Shown here: positions 10,007 through 23,273 of the stretch, piece after piece
Position numbering within the stretch: position 1 is the first letter of the stretch
Layout of the letters: each line of letters opens with the position of its first letter
DNA from: Macrostomum lignano
Lineage: Eukaryota
Direction: 5' to 3'
NCBI GenBank assembly: GCA_002269645.1
Contig: NIVC01002974.1
Span: 62,001 to 126,000 of the forward strand
DNA: 64,000 nucleotides
The notes under the pieces: generated by a model
Told to the model about the DNA's origin: nothing
Databases searched by the model: none
What the model saw: the letters and a program-made list of their open reading frames with translations, nothing else
Translations under genes and position numbers: made by a program

Positions 10007-13000
10007 TCCTATATACTAAAAATGAAATGTCTGTGTGTATGTGTGAGATAGATTCCAGAAAAAACGGCTCAACCGATTTTCTTCAAACTTGCACCATTCG
10101 ATCAGAAATTTTCCTGGGACGGTACATGCATCTTGGCTAAGAAATTGCTCAATGTTAAAGGGATTAAATATTCGAAAAACATGCTTTTTTGCAAAGGTCA
10201 AGCAAACTTTTCGACTTGAAATGCATTGTAAGAATGCTAGAGAAAAAACTGACTGGCTCAATTCCGATTGTGATAAAGATTGCATCACAACAAGTTGAAA
10301 ACAGTGCCGAAAAAATGCACACACGACTTGATTTAAATTGCGTAACCAATATTGCTAACTTGAATTGAGACTGATACTGGCTGACTGAGAAATTGATTAT
10401 GTCATAACTTTCTACTCCAATTGACTTGCCGTAAGAATTGAATTATAAGGGCCACAATTCATGTTCTCCAATTGAAAAGAGATAGCCCTGATGCGAACAG
10501 ACTGGAATGCTAATGTAGTGACCTGGGTTCGAATCTTAGTAGTGCAAAGAGATTTTTTTATTAAAACACCTTAAAAACACAACAAAACTGCTAAACATCA
10601 AAGAAGCGCAATTTCAAACATAGAAGAGCCAACATATCGAACATAAGAGTTACCATGTCAAACATAGAAGAGCCACCATGTCGAACATTAAAGAGCCACC
10701 ATGTCAAACATAAAAGAGCCAGCATGTCAAACATAAAAGAGCCACCATGTCAAACATAAAAGAGCCACCATTTCGAACATTAAAGAGCCGCCATGTCAAA
10801 CATTTAAGAGCCACCATGTCGAACATAAAAGAGCCACCATTTCGAACATTAAAGAGCCACCATGTCAAACATTTAAGAGCCACCATGTCGAATATAAAAG
10901 AGCCACCATTTCGAACATTAAAGAGCCACCATGTCAAACATTTAAGAGCCACCATGTCAAACATTAAAGAGCCACTTTGTCGAACATTAAAGAGCCACCA
11001 TGTCAAACATAAAAAGCCAACATGTCAGACATTAAAAAGCCACCGTATCAAACATAAAAGAGTTACCATGTAGAACAAAAAAGATCCACCATGTCAAACA
11101 TAAAGAGCCACCATGTCAAACATAACGAGCCACCATGTCAAAAATTTAGGAGCCACCATGTAGAATATTAAAGAGCCACCATGTCGAACATAAAAAAGCC
11201 ACCATGTAAAATATTAAAGAGCCACCATGTCAAACATTCAAGAGCCACCATGTCAAACATATATGTGACTTTATGTCAAACATTAAAGAGCCACCATGTC
11301 GAACATTAAAGAGCCACCATGTCGAACATTAAAGAGCCACCATGTCAAACATTAAAGAGCCACCATGTCGAACATTAAAGAGCCACCATGTCCAACATAT
11401 ATGTGACTCCATGTCAAAAATGAAGGAGCCATCATGTCAAACATAAAAGAGCCGCCATGTCAAACATAAAAGGACCACCATGTCAAACATTAAAGAGCCA
11501 CCATGTCGAACATAAAAGAGCCACCATGTCTAACATTAAAGAGCCAACATGTCGAACATTAAAGAGCCACCATGTCGAACATTAAAGAGCCACCATGTCA
11601 AACATTAAAGAGCCACCATGTCAAACATTAAAGAGCCACCATGTCAAACATTAAAGAACCACCATGTCAAACATTAAAGAGCCACAATGTCCAACATATA
11701 CGTGACTCCATGTCAGACATTAAAGAGCCATCAAGTCAAACATTAAGGAGCCACCATTGCAGACAGTAAAGAGCCACCATGTCAAACATTAAAGAGCCAC
11801 CATGTCTAACATTACAGAGCCACCATTTCGAACATTAAAGAGCCACCATGTCTAACTTTAAGGAGCCACCATGTCAAACATTAAAGAGCCACCATGTCAA
11901 ACATTAAAGAGCCATCATGTAGAACATTAAAAAGCCACTATGTCAAACAATAAAGAGCCACCATGTCAAAAAATAAAGAGCCACCATGTCAAACATAAAA
12001 GAGCCACCATGTAGAATATTAAAGAGCCACCATGTAGAATTTTAAAGAGCCACCATGTTAAACAAAAAAGAGCCATTATGTCGAACATAAAAGAGCGACC
12101 ATGTAAAACATTAAAGAGCCACCATGCAAACATAAAAGAGCACCATGTCAAACATTTAAGAGCCACCATGTCAAACATAAAAGAGCCACTATGTAAAACA
12201 TTAATGAGCCACCATGTCAAACAATAAAGAGCCACCATGTCAAACATAGAAGAGCCACCATGTCAAACATAAAAGAGCCACCATGTCAGATATTAAAAAG
12301 CCACCGTATTAAACATAAAAGAGTTATCATGTAGAACAAAAAAGAGCTACCATGTCGAACATAAAAGAGCCACCATGTCGAACATTAAAGAGCCACCATG
12401 GTAAACATTTAAGAGCCACCATGTCAAAAAATAAAGAGCCACCATGTCAAACATAGAAGAGCCACCATGTCAAACATTAAAGAGCCACCATGTCAAAAAT
12501 AGAAGAGCCACCATGTCAAACATAGAAGAGCCACAACGTCAAACATAGAACAGCCACCATGTCAGACATTGAAAAGCCACCGTATCAAACATAAAAGAGC
12601 CACCATGTCAACATAAAAGAGCCACCATGTCAACATAAAAGAGCCACCATGTCAACATAAAAGAGCCACCATGTCAAACATTAAAGAGCCACCATGTCAA
12701 CATAAAAGAGCCACCATGTCAAACATTAAAGAGCCACTATGTCAAACATAAAAGATACACAATTTCAAACGTAAAAGTAAGCGAATTTTAAAGGAGCCAC
12801 TATAATGCTAAGGAAATTGTCGCACTAGCTACTTATTGTCCGGTGGATGCTTGCTATCTGGGGGATGCTTACTATTTGGGGGATGCTTGCTATCTGGGGA
12901 TGCTTGCAATCTGGGGAATGCTTGCTATCTGGGGGATGCTTGCTGTCTTGGGATGATTTCTTTTTGCATTGCACTTCATTTGAGTATTTTGTGTTTTCTT

Positions 13001-13090
13001 TGTGAAGGCTTTATTTGGCTATCTTTTTGTTACTTGTAGAGAACAGAGATTCTATACAGATGTCCCCCAACGGGGGGCGAAGATTGCTAG
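10007..13090 (+). mobile_element. Non-autonomous Helitron (unit A)
   Basis: 5' TCCTATATACTAAAAATG after a host A; 3' CCCCCAACGGGGG hairpin followed by CTAG at 13087-13090. No long genuine ORF. Confidence 0.88.
10610..12775. repeat. Minisatellite, ~20-21 bp unit (AAAGAGCCACCATGTCAAACAT[T/A]) inside Helitron A
   Basis: About 100 degenerate tandem copies visible. Confidence 0.95.
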
Positions 13091-13614
13091 TCTAATATAC
13101 TAAAAATCCTATATACTAAAAATGAAAATCTTGCTTGCTTGCTTGCTTGTAATCGATTAGAGAAAAAATGGCTTAACCGATTTTCATGAGACTTGCACTG
13201 TTCGATCAGAAATTTTCCCGTGACGGTACATGCATCGTGGCTAAGAAATTGCTCGATGCTAGAGGCATTAAATATTCGAAAAATATGCTTTTTTGCAAAG
13301 GTCAAGCAAACTTTTCGACTTGAAATGCATTGTAAGAATGCTAGAGAAAAAATTGACTGGTTTATTCTGATTCTGAAATAGATTGCATCATAACTGAATT
13401 GTAACTCCAACTTGAATTGCGTCACAGTATTGAAAATGCAGTGTGGAAGCGTAGCACCAGACTTGATTTAGATTGCGTAACCATATTGTCAACTTTAATT
13501 GAGACTGATACTGACTTGCCTAGGAAATTGATTGTCATAACTTTTTTGTGAGTGAGTGTGGAATTATATAAAAGCTACACACTTTTATATAATTCAACAC
13601 ACTACACAAAACTC

Positions 13615-14233
13615 ATAGAAGCGTCATGTAAAAGTCATAGAAGCGTCATGTAAACAATCATAGAAGCGTCATGTAAAAGTCATAGAAGCGTCATGTAAAC
13701 AATCATAGAAGCGTCATGTAAAAGTCATAGAAGCGTCATGTAAACAATCATAGAAGCGTCATGTAAACAATCATAGAAGCGTCATGTAAACAATCATAGA
13801 AGCGTCATACAAAAAATCATAGAAGCGTCATGTAAACAATCATAGAAGCGTCATGAAAAATCATAGAAGCGTCATGTAAAAGTCATAGAAGCGTCATGTA
13901 AACAATCATAGAAGCGTCATGTAAACAATCATGGAAGCGTCATGTAAACAATCATGAAAGCGTCATGTAAACAATCATAGAAGCATCATGTAAACCATCA
14001 TAGAAGCGTCATGTAAACAATCATAGAAGCGTCATGTAAACAATCATAGAAGCGTCATGAAAAATCATAGAAGCGTCATGTAAAAGTCATAGAAGCGTCA
14101 TGTAAACAATCATAGAAGCGTCATGTAAACAATCATAGAAGCGTCATGTAAACAATCGTAGAAGCGTCATGTAAACAATCATAGAAGCGTCATGTAAACA
14201 ATCGTAGAAGCGTCATGTAAAAATCATAGAAGC
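13615..14233. repeat. Minisatellite, 22-23 bp unit (CATAGAAGCGTCATGTAAACAAT)
   Basis: About 27 tandem copies; degenerate copies recur near 20230-20300. Confidence 0.95.
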
Positions 14234-14236
14234 AAG

Positions 14237-17200
14237 AAATTGACGCCAATGAAGTAATACGCGAGCGAAATCATGGTGCGAGCGGGCCAGTTCAGTGTGC
14301 TACACTATGGCCGAAGATTATTTCAGCAGTACTTAGTGGACATGTGTGCCAAGATTGAGGCAGAGAGGCTGCTGTATTTGCGGACCGATCAGCAGGACCT
14401 GCGCAGCGAGACGTATAGCGGTCTGCGGGACGCTCTCTTTGCAGCTGATGGCAGGTCTACCGACAGAGATCCGAGTGACATAGGCAAGCCCGCACATGTG
14501 CTTCTGTCCTCAAGCTTCGTTGGTAGGCCAAGGTACCTGATGGAGAGGCTGCAGGACGCTATGACCTATGTTCACAAGTTTGGTAAGCCGGACCTGTTTG
14601 TCACGGCAACATGCAATCCGAATTGGCCTGAGATCAGCGCCCAGCTGCTGCCTGGACAGCGGGCTGAACACCGGCCGGACATTGTTAGCCGAGTCTTTGA
14701 AATGAAGAAAAAAGCTCTGCTGGCCCAGCTAACGAAGCGCTATGGGAAAGAGGCCGCGCACGTCTGCTCGCTAGAGTACCAAAAGCGTGGTGAGTGCAAG
14801 TCTCAGTATTAAATTTTATGAAATTTAAATCGTTATAAAGATACTAAATATAGGTGGGTTTGTATGATGCAAATTCGATACAGATCGGATAATTGGACTG
14901 AAAGATGTCTTGATACTTTTTTTGATAATCCAGGTCTCCCCCATGTGCACTTTCTGCTGTGGCTCGCGAGCGGCCAGCGAGTGACTCCGGACCGATACGA
15001 TGACATCGTGTCTGCCGAGATTCCGGACCCACAGCAGCAGCCTGTGCTGTATGAGCTGGTGAAAACGCACATGATCCATGGTCCTTGTGGCAAGGACAAT
15101 CCAGCGTGCCCGTGCATGGAGAATGGCGAATGCAGCAAGGGCTTTCCGAAGGAGTTCCAGCAGGTGACGCTGATCAGCGATACTGGCTACCCACTGTACC
15201 GCAGACTGTCGCCTGAGATAGGTGGATTTACAGTGGACAAACTGTTCAAAGGCCGCAGCATTCGCATGGACAATAGGCGAGTCATGAGTATTAGATGCCT
15301 CTTGTATTTTATGTTGGAAACGTTTGACAATGTTTTTATCCTTAAACCACAGGTGGGTTGTGCCTTATAGCCCTGAACTGTTGCTCCAGTTTGCGTGCCA
15401 CATGAACGTTGAAGTTTGTGCCACTGTAAAGTCGGTCAAGTACGTGATCAAGTACTTGCTGAAGGGCGGCGACATGGCAACGTTCAAAGTCAATGCCAAT
15501 CAGAATTCTGCTGAAGCGACAGAGCAGAGTGCGGGTAGTCAGCAGCCGGCACAAACGGTAGCGGCAAACGATGGAGAGAGGCCGCGTGATGAAATCAAGG
15601 AGTATCTGTCTGCGCGCTACATTGGCCCAATGGAAGCTGTGAATACAATTTTGGGCTTTGAAGTAATAAATATTTTAAATTTTAAATATTGCAAAGCTAT
15701 GGCTTTTTGTATTCGGAAAAACTTAAAAGTGATTATTTCTCTCCCACCTTCTGATCAGGTGCACGACAGATTTCCGGCGGTCATCCGGCTCTGCGTTCAC
15801 AAGTCGGAGGAGCAGCTCGTGTATTTCAACGAGCAGACCGCAAGTGCTAGAGCCAGGACGCCGAGGGACTCTACGTTGACGGCATTTTTCAAGCTGTGCC
15901 GTACTGACGAGTTCGCTCGGTCCTTGCTCTACACGGAGGTGCCGTCCTACTTCGTGTTGCATGCCAGTGAAAGAGTGTGGCGGCGGGCGAAGCGAGGCGC
16001 GAAGCCGATGGCCACCCGGGTGTAGTGCGGAACACAAACGTTGCACGCATGTACACGGTGAGCCCAAGAACTGGTGATTTATTTTATGTTCGCATGCTCC
16101 TTTTGCGAGTCAAGGGACCAACCAGCTTCGAGGCGCTGCAGACCGTGGACGGCGTTGTGCATCCCAGCGCCAAGGCTGCTTGCATGGCACTTGGCCTGTT
16201 GCAGCGAGATGACCACTGGCGACGGTGCCTAGCTGAGGCCGTTCAGTCAAGAATGCCAAGAGCCCTGAGACACCTTCTGGCTGTCATTCTCGTATGGGGC
16301 GAGCCTGAGGATGGCAACGACCTCTGGTGCTCTTTTGCCGAAGATATGTGCGAGGACCTGCGGTTCCACCATCGAGATCTAAGTGCCGAGGAGATTACTG
16401 ACCTAGCGCTCCGCGAGCTGCAGAGCATGCTGACCTCCATGGGTGGGAGAAGCCTGCCAGAGTACGGCTTGCCTGCGGCCTCCGTGATGCCTCAAGATGG
16501 ACCGATGCAGTTCGATACGATTGAGCAAGCGCAGATTACTGAGGCACGCTTACCAATGCTAACAGACGAGCAGAAAGCCGTGTACGAGTCAGTGACTCAG
16601 GATCTTGTGAGCGGCAACGGCGGCTTGCACTTCCTGGACGCGCCCGCTGGCACTGGCAAAACCTTCCTGCTGGAGGTTTTGCTGGCCTTCGTGCCCAGCC
16701 GGGGTGAAGTCGCTCTCGCCGTTGCGGCTTCTGGAATCGCAGCGACTCTGTTGCCAGGTGGACAAACTGCGCATTCCACGTGAGTTGTTTATATTTAATT
16801 TGTAAATTATTGGTAACTTACGGATAATTAAACAAGTAAATATGTGAATACTTCCTCTGCTGTATGATACCCAAATTTTTCCATGTCAGGTTCAAGATAC
16901 CAATTCGGGTATTACGCTCAAACAAGGACGTGTGCGCTGTTGGAGTGCAGTCCAAACAAGCTGATGTATTTCGCACAGCGCGTCTAATTGTGTGGGACGA
17001 GATTTCTATGACAAACTGGAAGGATTTGGAGGCTGTCGACCGGTGCTTGCGAGATGTGCGGAAGCAGGACTCGCCATTTGGCGGACTGGTGTTTGTGTGC
17101 TCTGGTGACTTCCGGCAGCTTCTACCGGTTGTGGTGCATGGGACTCGTGCTAACAGCGTCATGGCGTGTGTGAGCCGATCCTCACTGTCGAAATACTTCC

Positions 17201-18209
17201 AACGGCATCGCCTGACGAGAAACATCCGGATGCTGAGCAGTTCCGATTCTGTAGCGTATCAGATGTACACTGAGCTACTCAAGCAGGTAAGTCTGATTTC
17301 ATCAGTTTATTAAATGATTGACAATGATACACTAGACGCGGATTTGTTTTTGAGCTCAATTTTTTAAGTTTGCGTCATTTAGGAATGCCTATGCTTAAAA
17401 GTGTGTATAGGTTATGAAATATTCGACATTTTAACCCTCCACAGATCGGATCCGGAACAATGGAGCAGGATGTGGAGGAGAAAGTGTCTCTGCCAGCCGA
17501 GATCGTGATTTCTGCGGAAGGGCCTCTCACTGACCTGATCAATTTTGTGTACCCATCGTTTGAAGAACCAGTGGAGAGAGACAGCTACTTTGCAAACCGA
17601 GCGATCCTGGCGCCTTACAATGACTCAGTGGATACCATCAATGAGACGTGTCTGGGCATGTTCCCCGGAAGCCTGCGAGAGTACCGCTCAATAGACAGTG
17701 AGGCCGATGAGGATGCCGCTACGCACTTCCCGCCTGAGTTGCTGAACCAGCTGGATGCCCCGAACTTTCCGATTCCCTTGTTGAGGCTGAAAGTGGGTAT
17801 GCCAGTAGTGCTTCTGAGGAATATCAACCCGCCACGGTTGTGCAATGGTACGCGGCTCATCATACTCGCGATGGGCGAGAACGTGATTCGGTGCAAGATT
17901 GCCGCTGGCCAGTTCACGGGAGATGAGATTCTTCTGCCGCGAATCCCGCTGATTCCTAGCAATGCGGACCTGCCCGTCAGTTTTAAACGATTACAGTTCC
18001 CTGTGAAGCCGAGTTTCTGCCTGACGATCCACAAGTCACAGGGACAGTCTCTGGACACAGTTGGCGTGGACCTCGCTGTCGGTTGCTTCACTCATGGCCA
18101 TCTGTATACGGCTCTGTCGCGAGCAAGGAACTCTGCTAATGTCCGTGTCCGTACTTCTGGAACTAAGACGAGGAACGTGGTGTACCCAGAGGTGCTGACT
18201 GGAGACTAA
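14237..18209 (+). pseudogene. Helitron Rep/Helicase (HUH endonuclease + PIF1-like SF1B helicase), 5 introns, apparently defective
   Basis: RLFQQYLVD, KFGKPDLFVT, EYQKRG|LPHVHFLL, YVIKYLLKG, DAPAGTGKT, DEISM, GDFRQLLPV, TIHKSQGQS. Introns 14790-14933, 15277-15352 (GC-AG), 15663-15758, 16780-16889, 17287-17444. TAA at 14255 and a frameshift near 16006. Confidence 0.92.
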
Positions 18210-18474
18210 GCGATTTCGGACGCTATTCGTGAGTTCAAGTCCAAGGGATGTGTTTGAGAAGTGTCTGGCGTCTGACTGTAGAGAATGAAATCAAAGTCGC
18301 GTGGAGTCTCAATGAACTGATAGCCCTGAGAGAGTACATTGAGTAAATCCTATTTACGAGGGATGTTTCATAAGTTCTTTCTTATACTCATCTATAACAG
18401 TTTTACATGAACATAATATACAGTCATTTAACAGACAAAAACTACAGCCACTGATCATACAGTCACTATGCAGA

Positions 18475-19225
18475 CAGTCTCTAAACAGAAAATAATACAG
18501 CCTCTAAACAGACAATACAGCCTCTAAACAGACAATACAGCCTCTTAACAGACAATACAGCCTCTAAACAGACAATACAGCCTCTTAACAGACAATACAG
18601 CCTCTAAACAGACAATACAGCCTTTAAACAGACAATACAGTCTCTAAACAGACAATACAGCCTCTAAGCAGGCAATACAGCCTCTAAACAGGCAATACAG
18701 TCTCTACAGACAATACGGTCTCTAAACAGACAATACAGTCCCTAAACAGACAAAACAGCCTCTAAACAGACAATACAGCCTCTAAACAGACAATACAGTC
18801 TCTAGACAGACAATACAGTCTCTAAACAGGCAATACAGCCTCTAAACAGACAATACAGTCTCTAAACAGACAATACAGCCTCTAAACAGACAATACAGCC
18901 TCTTAACAGACAATACAGCCTCTAAACAGACAATACAGCCTTTAAACAGACAATACAGTCTCTAAACAGACAATACAGCCTCTAAGCAGGCAATACAGCC
19001 TCTAAACAGGCAATACAGTCTCTACAGACAATACGGTCTCTAAACAGACAATACAGTCCCTAAACAGACAAAACAGCCTCTAAACAGACAATACAGCCTC
19101 TAAACAGACAATACAGTCTCTAGACAGACAATACAGTCTCTAAACAGGCAATACAGCCTCTAAACAGACAATACAGTCTCTAAACAGACAATACAGCCTC
19201 TAAACAGACAATACAGTCTCTAACA
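18475..19225. repeat. Minisatellite, 20-bp unit (CTCTAAACAGACAATACAG[C/T])
   Basis: About 37 tandem copies downstream of Rep/Hel. Confidence 0.95.
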
Positions 19226-22019
19226 GACAATAATACAGTCACTAATACAGTCGCTGAACAGACCATAAAATACAGTCAGTAAACAGATAATAGTACAGGT
19301 ATATATAAGCAGGTGAAACATGTATGTATAATTGGAATTTATAAAGCAGCCCTCATTGAGAGTAGGTTGACTGCATCTTAACTGGGCTAAAAGAGTTTGT
19401 GAATGGTGTATAGGAGCTGCTCTATATACCCTGTGGTTCCAGACTCTAAAAGGAGCATTTGCAGTCAAGCTCTGTAGCAGCCTTAAGCAGAGCGGAGCGA
19501 CTTAATGTTTGGTTTGAGAATGAATGTATCTACCTTTGCTTACACCCAATGCATGCAATTGAGCAGTGACGCGAGTCGGCAGGTAGTCAGGATGGCATAT
19601 ACATGTACATTTTTGTACTGCTAAAGCTATACTGGCTGCTTGTCGATGGCACCATCTGCTGAAGCGACAGTCTATCCTTTTGTTCATTAATTATTATTCA
19701 ATACATTATTTTAAATTTTCACCTGCTATTAGCAGCAGAAGATCATATTATATCATTTGAATAAATACATGCGTTTGTTTAACTATTGTTTCACTTTTGA
19801 ACGTCAATTTTCGGTTGTTTAAAATCTAATTAAAAGCTCGTACCGTTTGTTGTTTCTTTATTTGTTGTAGTTCGTAAAAGTACAGTTGAATAAAACTGTT
19901 AATTTTTACATTTACTGTGTATAATATTTTGTTAAACTAACAGAAATGTTTATTACTTCGGCGAATTTATTCACGCAGTTTCGTATCACCCTACACTCAA
20001 AGTATGCAAGTATTAAATTGTACGCGTATATGCACGTTCTTTGTATTGACGTTCTATGGCGAAAATAAATAAAGCTTAAAATATCTCACGTCATTAATTA
20101 AGAATATTCTGTTCACAAAAATTTGGTGCATAAGCGCTCACAAACTTATGCAAATGTCAGGCTGTAGGGTTAGTGTTAGGGTTGGTGTTAGCCAGGGTTT
20201 AGATTTAGTGTTTAGATTTAGATTTAGATAGAAATAATGGAAGCGTCGTGAAAAATAATGGAAGCATCATGCAAACAATCATAGAAGCACCATGCAAAAA
20301 CTCGTGAACAGAATATTAAATTAAGGGTTATGGTTAGGGTTAGAAGTTTGACAGGATATTTTTTCAGATTTCAAGGCTGAGCTACATGTAGCTTATTAAA
20401 AAACGTGTATTGCATTTCTTTTGCTCCCCAACGGGGGGCGTTGATTGCTAGTATCTCCTAAAATTCCAGAAAAACCTCCACGAATTCCAGACTCCATCAT
20501 TCTCAACATTTCTTCATTCTGTATCAATTCTAATTTAATTCCTGTAAATTTTAAAGCACAATTCCAAGCTAATCCAGAAAGCGAATAACAATATGCTGGG
20601 TCTATTCTGAAGTATTCTAACAACGTGGATCTAAACTTCTCGAATGCACTAACAAAATCAAATATAAATCTTTTATCTTCTTCAGATAATATAAATGGAG
20701 GTTTTAGAAATCTAGATCCGTCTAAAAATACAACTCGACTTGTATAATTCCCACAGGTTATTGCAACATGATCTTCGGATGATTTCGAAATAAAGTTAAC
20801 TTTATATATTTTTTTCTAATCTTGTTGAAGGTTCGACAAGATAGTTGAGATCGATTCAAGATTCATTAAGAAGAAATAATGGAATAGTTTGATTATTTTT
20901 ACCCTCTTTTGTATTACAAGATTGACATGCTGCTTCTCGATATTTTCCATTATAATGATTATGCTCTCTAACTTTTACACATTCGTCGAAAGATCTCGAA
21001 CATAAAAAACAATTTGTCGTTTCCCTATAAATATTTTCTTCCTCTTCTGACAGATTAGGGTTAGGGTAATTATTCATAAGTTTTTTCACATGCTCAAATC
21101 TATTTAACACAGTATTAACAAAATCATTAATTTCGTTCCCGTAGTATATTAGATTTTTTAAGAGTTTAGGGTAGTGTGAACGAATGTATAAAGTCCAATT
21201 TGATAATTTCTCCGTTGAATCATAATCTAATATTGCAGAAAATACTAAGGCCTTTCTAACACTCATGTAATGATTTTTAAATTCTATTGTGGTTTTCTTT
21301 TTTGGAATTTCTATTATCGTTTTAAAATCAGTACAAATATGATTATCGAGTGCTTTTTGAGAATATTTAATTTGAAGACATTTTCTACATAAATAAACTT
21401 TATTCTTAGTAGTAAGAAATGTTTCTAAATTAGTAATTAGACAATAATGCCCTTCAACAAGTAGTAGATCAATAACTTTGGGATTATTATATTCTTCTGT
21501 CAATCGAATTAAATAAAGTGTTTCATTCTTTGTTTTATCTCTCAATCCAAAAACATTTATGTGAAGATTTTTCAGCTTTTCAATCTTTAAAATATCTTTG
21601 ACATTTATTGGAAAGTTTAAATCACCAAATTTAATTTCATTTACAAATTCTACATATTTTCCAACTCTATATCGATGCTTTTTTACCGGATGAAGTTTTG
21701 CTAAAATTGACCATAGAAAACACCTAATATCTGTGTTCTTTACATTTAATATAGCATTTGTATTAATAGGAATTTTAATATATGTACCTCGTGATCTCAA
21801 TTGATTAACTCCAACAATTTTTAATTTTATCTTTTCTAATTCAAAAAACATATAACCAGAACCTTTTTCAATAAACTCATCCTTCCACGCTCCGAATTCA
21901 TCGAGAATATCATCGAAAGTACTTTCAATAGACTCTTCGATTCGGAGGAGGTTAAAAATAGTTCTATATTTAAAATGATATTCAAATTCTATAAAATTAT
22001 CATCGCATTGCATCGTGAG

Positions 22020-23273
22020 TCAGATGTTGCAATCGAACTCATTCAGATGCTTGTGCATCTCCTTTAGTTCGTCTTCAGTGCCGGCGAAGACCATAAAATG
22101 TCGTCAATGTAGCGCTTGAAGAAACGAGGGGTAAACGGAGCAGCTTCTGAAGCTTTGGATTCCCAGGCAGACATAAATATGTTGGCGTAGGATGGCGCAA
22201 AGGCCTTTCCCATGCTTGTGCCTTTGACTTGAAGGTAGCGCGTGTCGTTGAAAACAAAATCATTTTTGTTCAAGTTAATGTCCAGGAGCGCAAGAAGATG
22301 GTTATCTGGCCTTGAGGTTTGGGGAAATGTTTGAAAGGCATCTCTAATGGCGTCCATCCCCTTATCAGTGGAAATATTAGTGTACAGGGATTCAACACCA
22401 TTGTAACCAGAAAGACATTTTCGTCTTTTCAAAAATCAAATCATTAATAGCCGCTTGAAAGTGGTCCGTGTCTCGGATGAAGGAGTCTTGTTCCTTAGCG
22501 ATCGGCTGTAGGAAGAGATCGATAAATTTGGCGCCCATGTAGCTTTCCGAGCTGCAGTCCGAGACAATGGGTCTCCCAGGAGGCACTCCAGGAGTAGGCC
22601 ATTCTTCGGAATCCTTATGGATTTTTGGCAAAAGGTAAAAAATTCGATCTCTTGGAATAGTTGGCGGAATCAGTTGCAGGTATTGATGATTAGTAATTAT
22701 CTTTTCTTCTTTAAGATCATGAAAAATGGCTTTGATAATGGCACTGGTCTGGGCGCTCATTGCAGTGTCAAGGGGTTGGTAGAAGGTCCTGTTGGAGAGC
22801 TGCCTGTTAGCTTCCAGTATGTAATCAGTTCGATTCATAACGACCATATTGCTGCCCTTGTCGGCAGGTTTAATGACGATACTGCTATTGTCTCGAAGAG
22901 TCTTCAGTGCCATTCTCTGCTGCTCCTGAAGGTTTGGCTTGTTGTGTATGATTCTTGGAATCCTAATCCTGTTTAGGCTTTCAAAAAGGTCTCTGTGAGA
23001 GCGCCACTTGTCCAAGTTGATGTTGGGGATCGAAGCTCGGCCAGTATAAGGGATGCGCGGGGTGTAAGCACACGCACACGTGCGACGCTGAAGCAGGGAG
23101 TTAAGAACTATTCTCTGCTTTAAAACCTTGATGGGGTCAGAAAGGACGCTGGACCCCATAACAATTGGGGCTGGCACAAAGTTCTTCCCCACTCCTAAAA
23201 TTTCGGTTTCGCAGTCAGAAAGACGATAATTCGATAAGTTCAAGACTTGGTTGCTAGCCGCATTTCTAAAAAC
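22020..23273 (-). pseudogene. Penelope-type reverse transcriptase
   Basis: VLNLS, IVIKPADKG, FYLLPKIHK, PGRPIVS, VESLYTNI, GTSMGKAFAPSYANIFM, RYIDDI. Frameshifts near 22400-22430 and 22100. Confidence 0.9.

Larger units (their letters stand above)
13091..20451 (+). mobile_element. Helitron (unit B) carrying a Rep/Helicase gene
   Basis: 5' TC ends at 13091 and 13107. The first ~450 bp are homologous to unit A. 3' hairpin GCTCCCCAACGGGGGGC plus CTAG at 20448-20451, followed by host T. Confidence 0.92.
9554..22013 (-). pseudogene. Polinton/Maverick-type protein-primed DNA polymerase B (segments ~22000-20452 and 10006-9554), interrupted by Helitrons
   Basis: GSGYMF..., CFLWSILAKL, endonuclease-VII-like CFLC...KVREHNHYNGKYREAACQSCN, FRIDPAY, GIRGGFS, (joined) NNKY...YLGKNNLYG, KLMLTFHDKTKYVLHHR...ESDWL. 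Frameshifts and an apparent internal deletion near 20700. Confidence 0.9.

Noticed and set aside
10480-10550. tRNA gene
   Set aside because: Only a B-box-like GGGTTCGAATC; no A box or cloverleaf. At most a decayed SINE head.
22020-22022. In-frame TGA in the PLE RT as selenocysteine
   Set aside because: Not at a Cys-like position, the element is truncated just after it, and no SECIS is visible. A CGA-to-TGA mutation is simpler.
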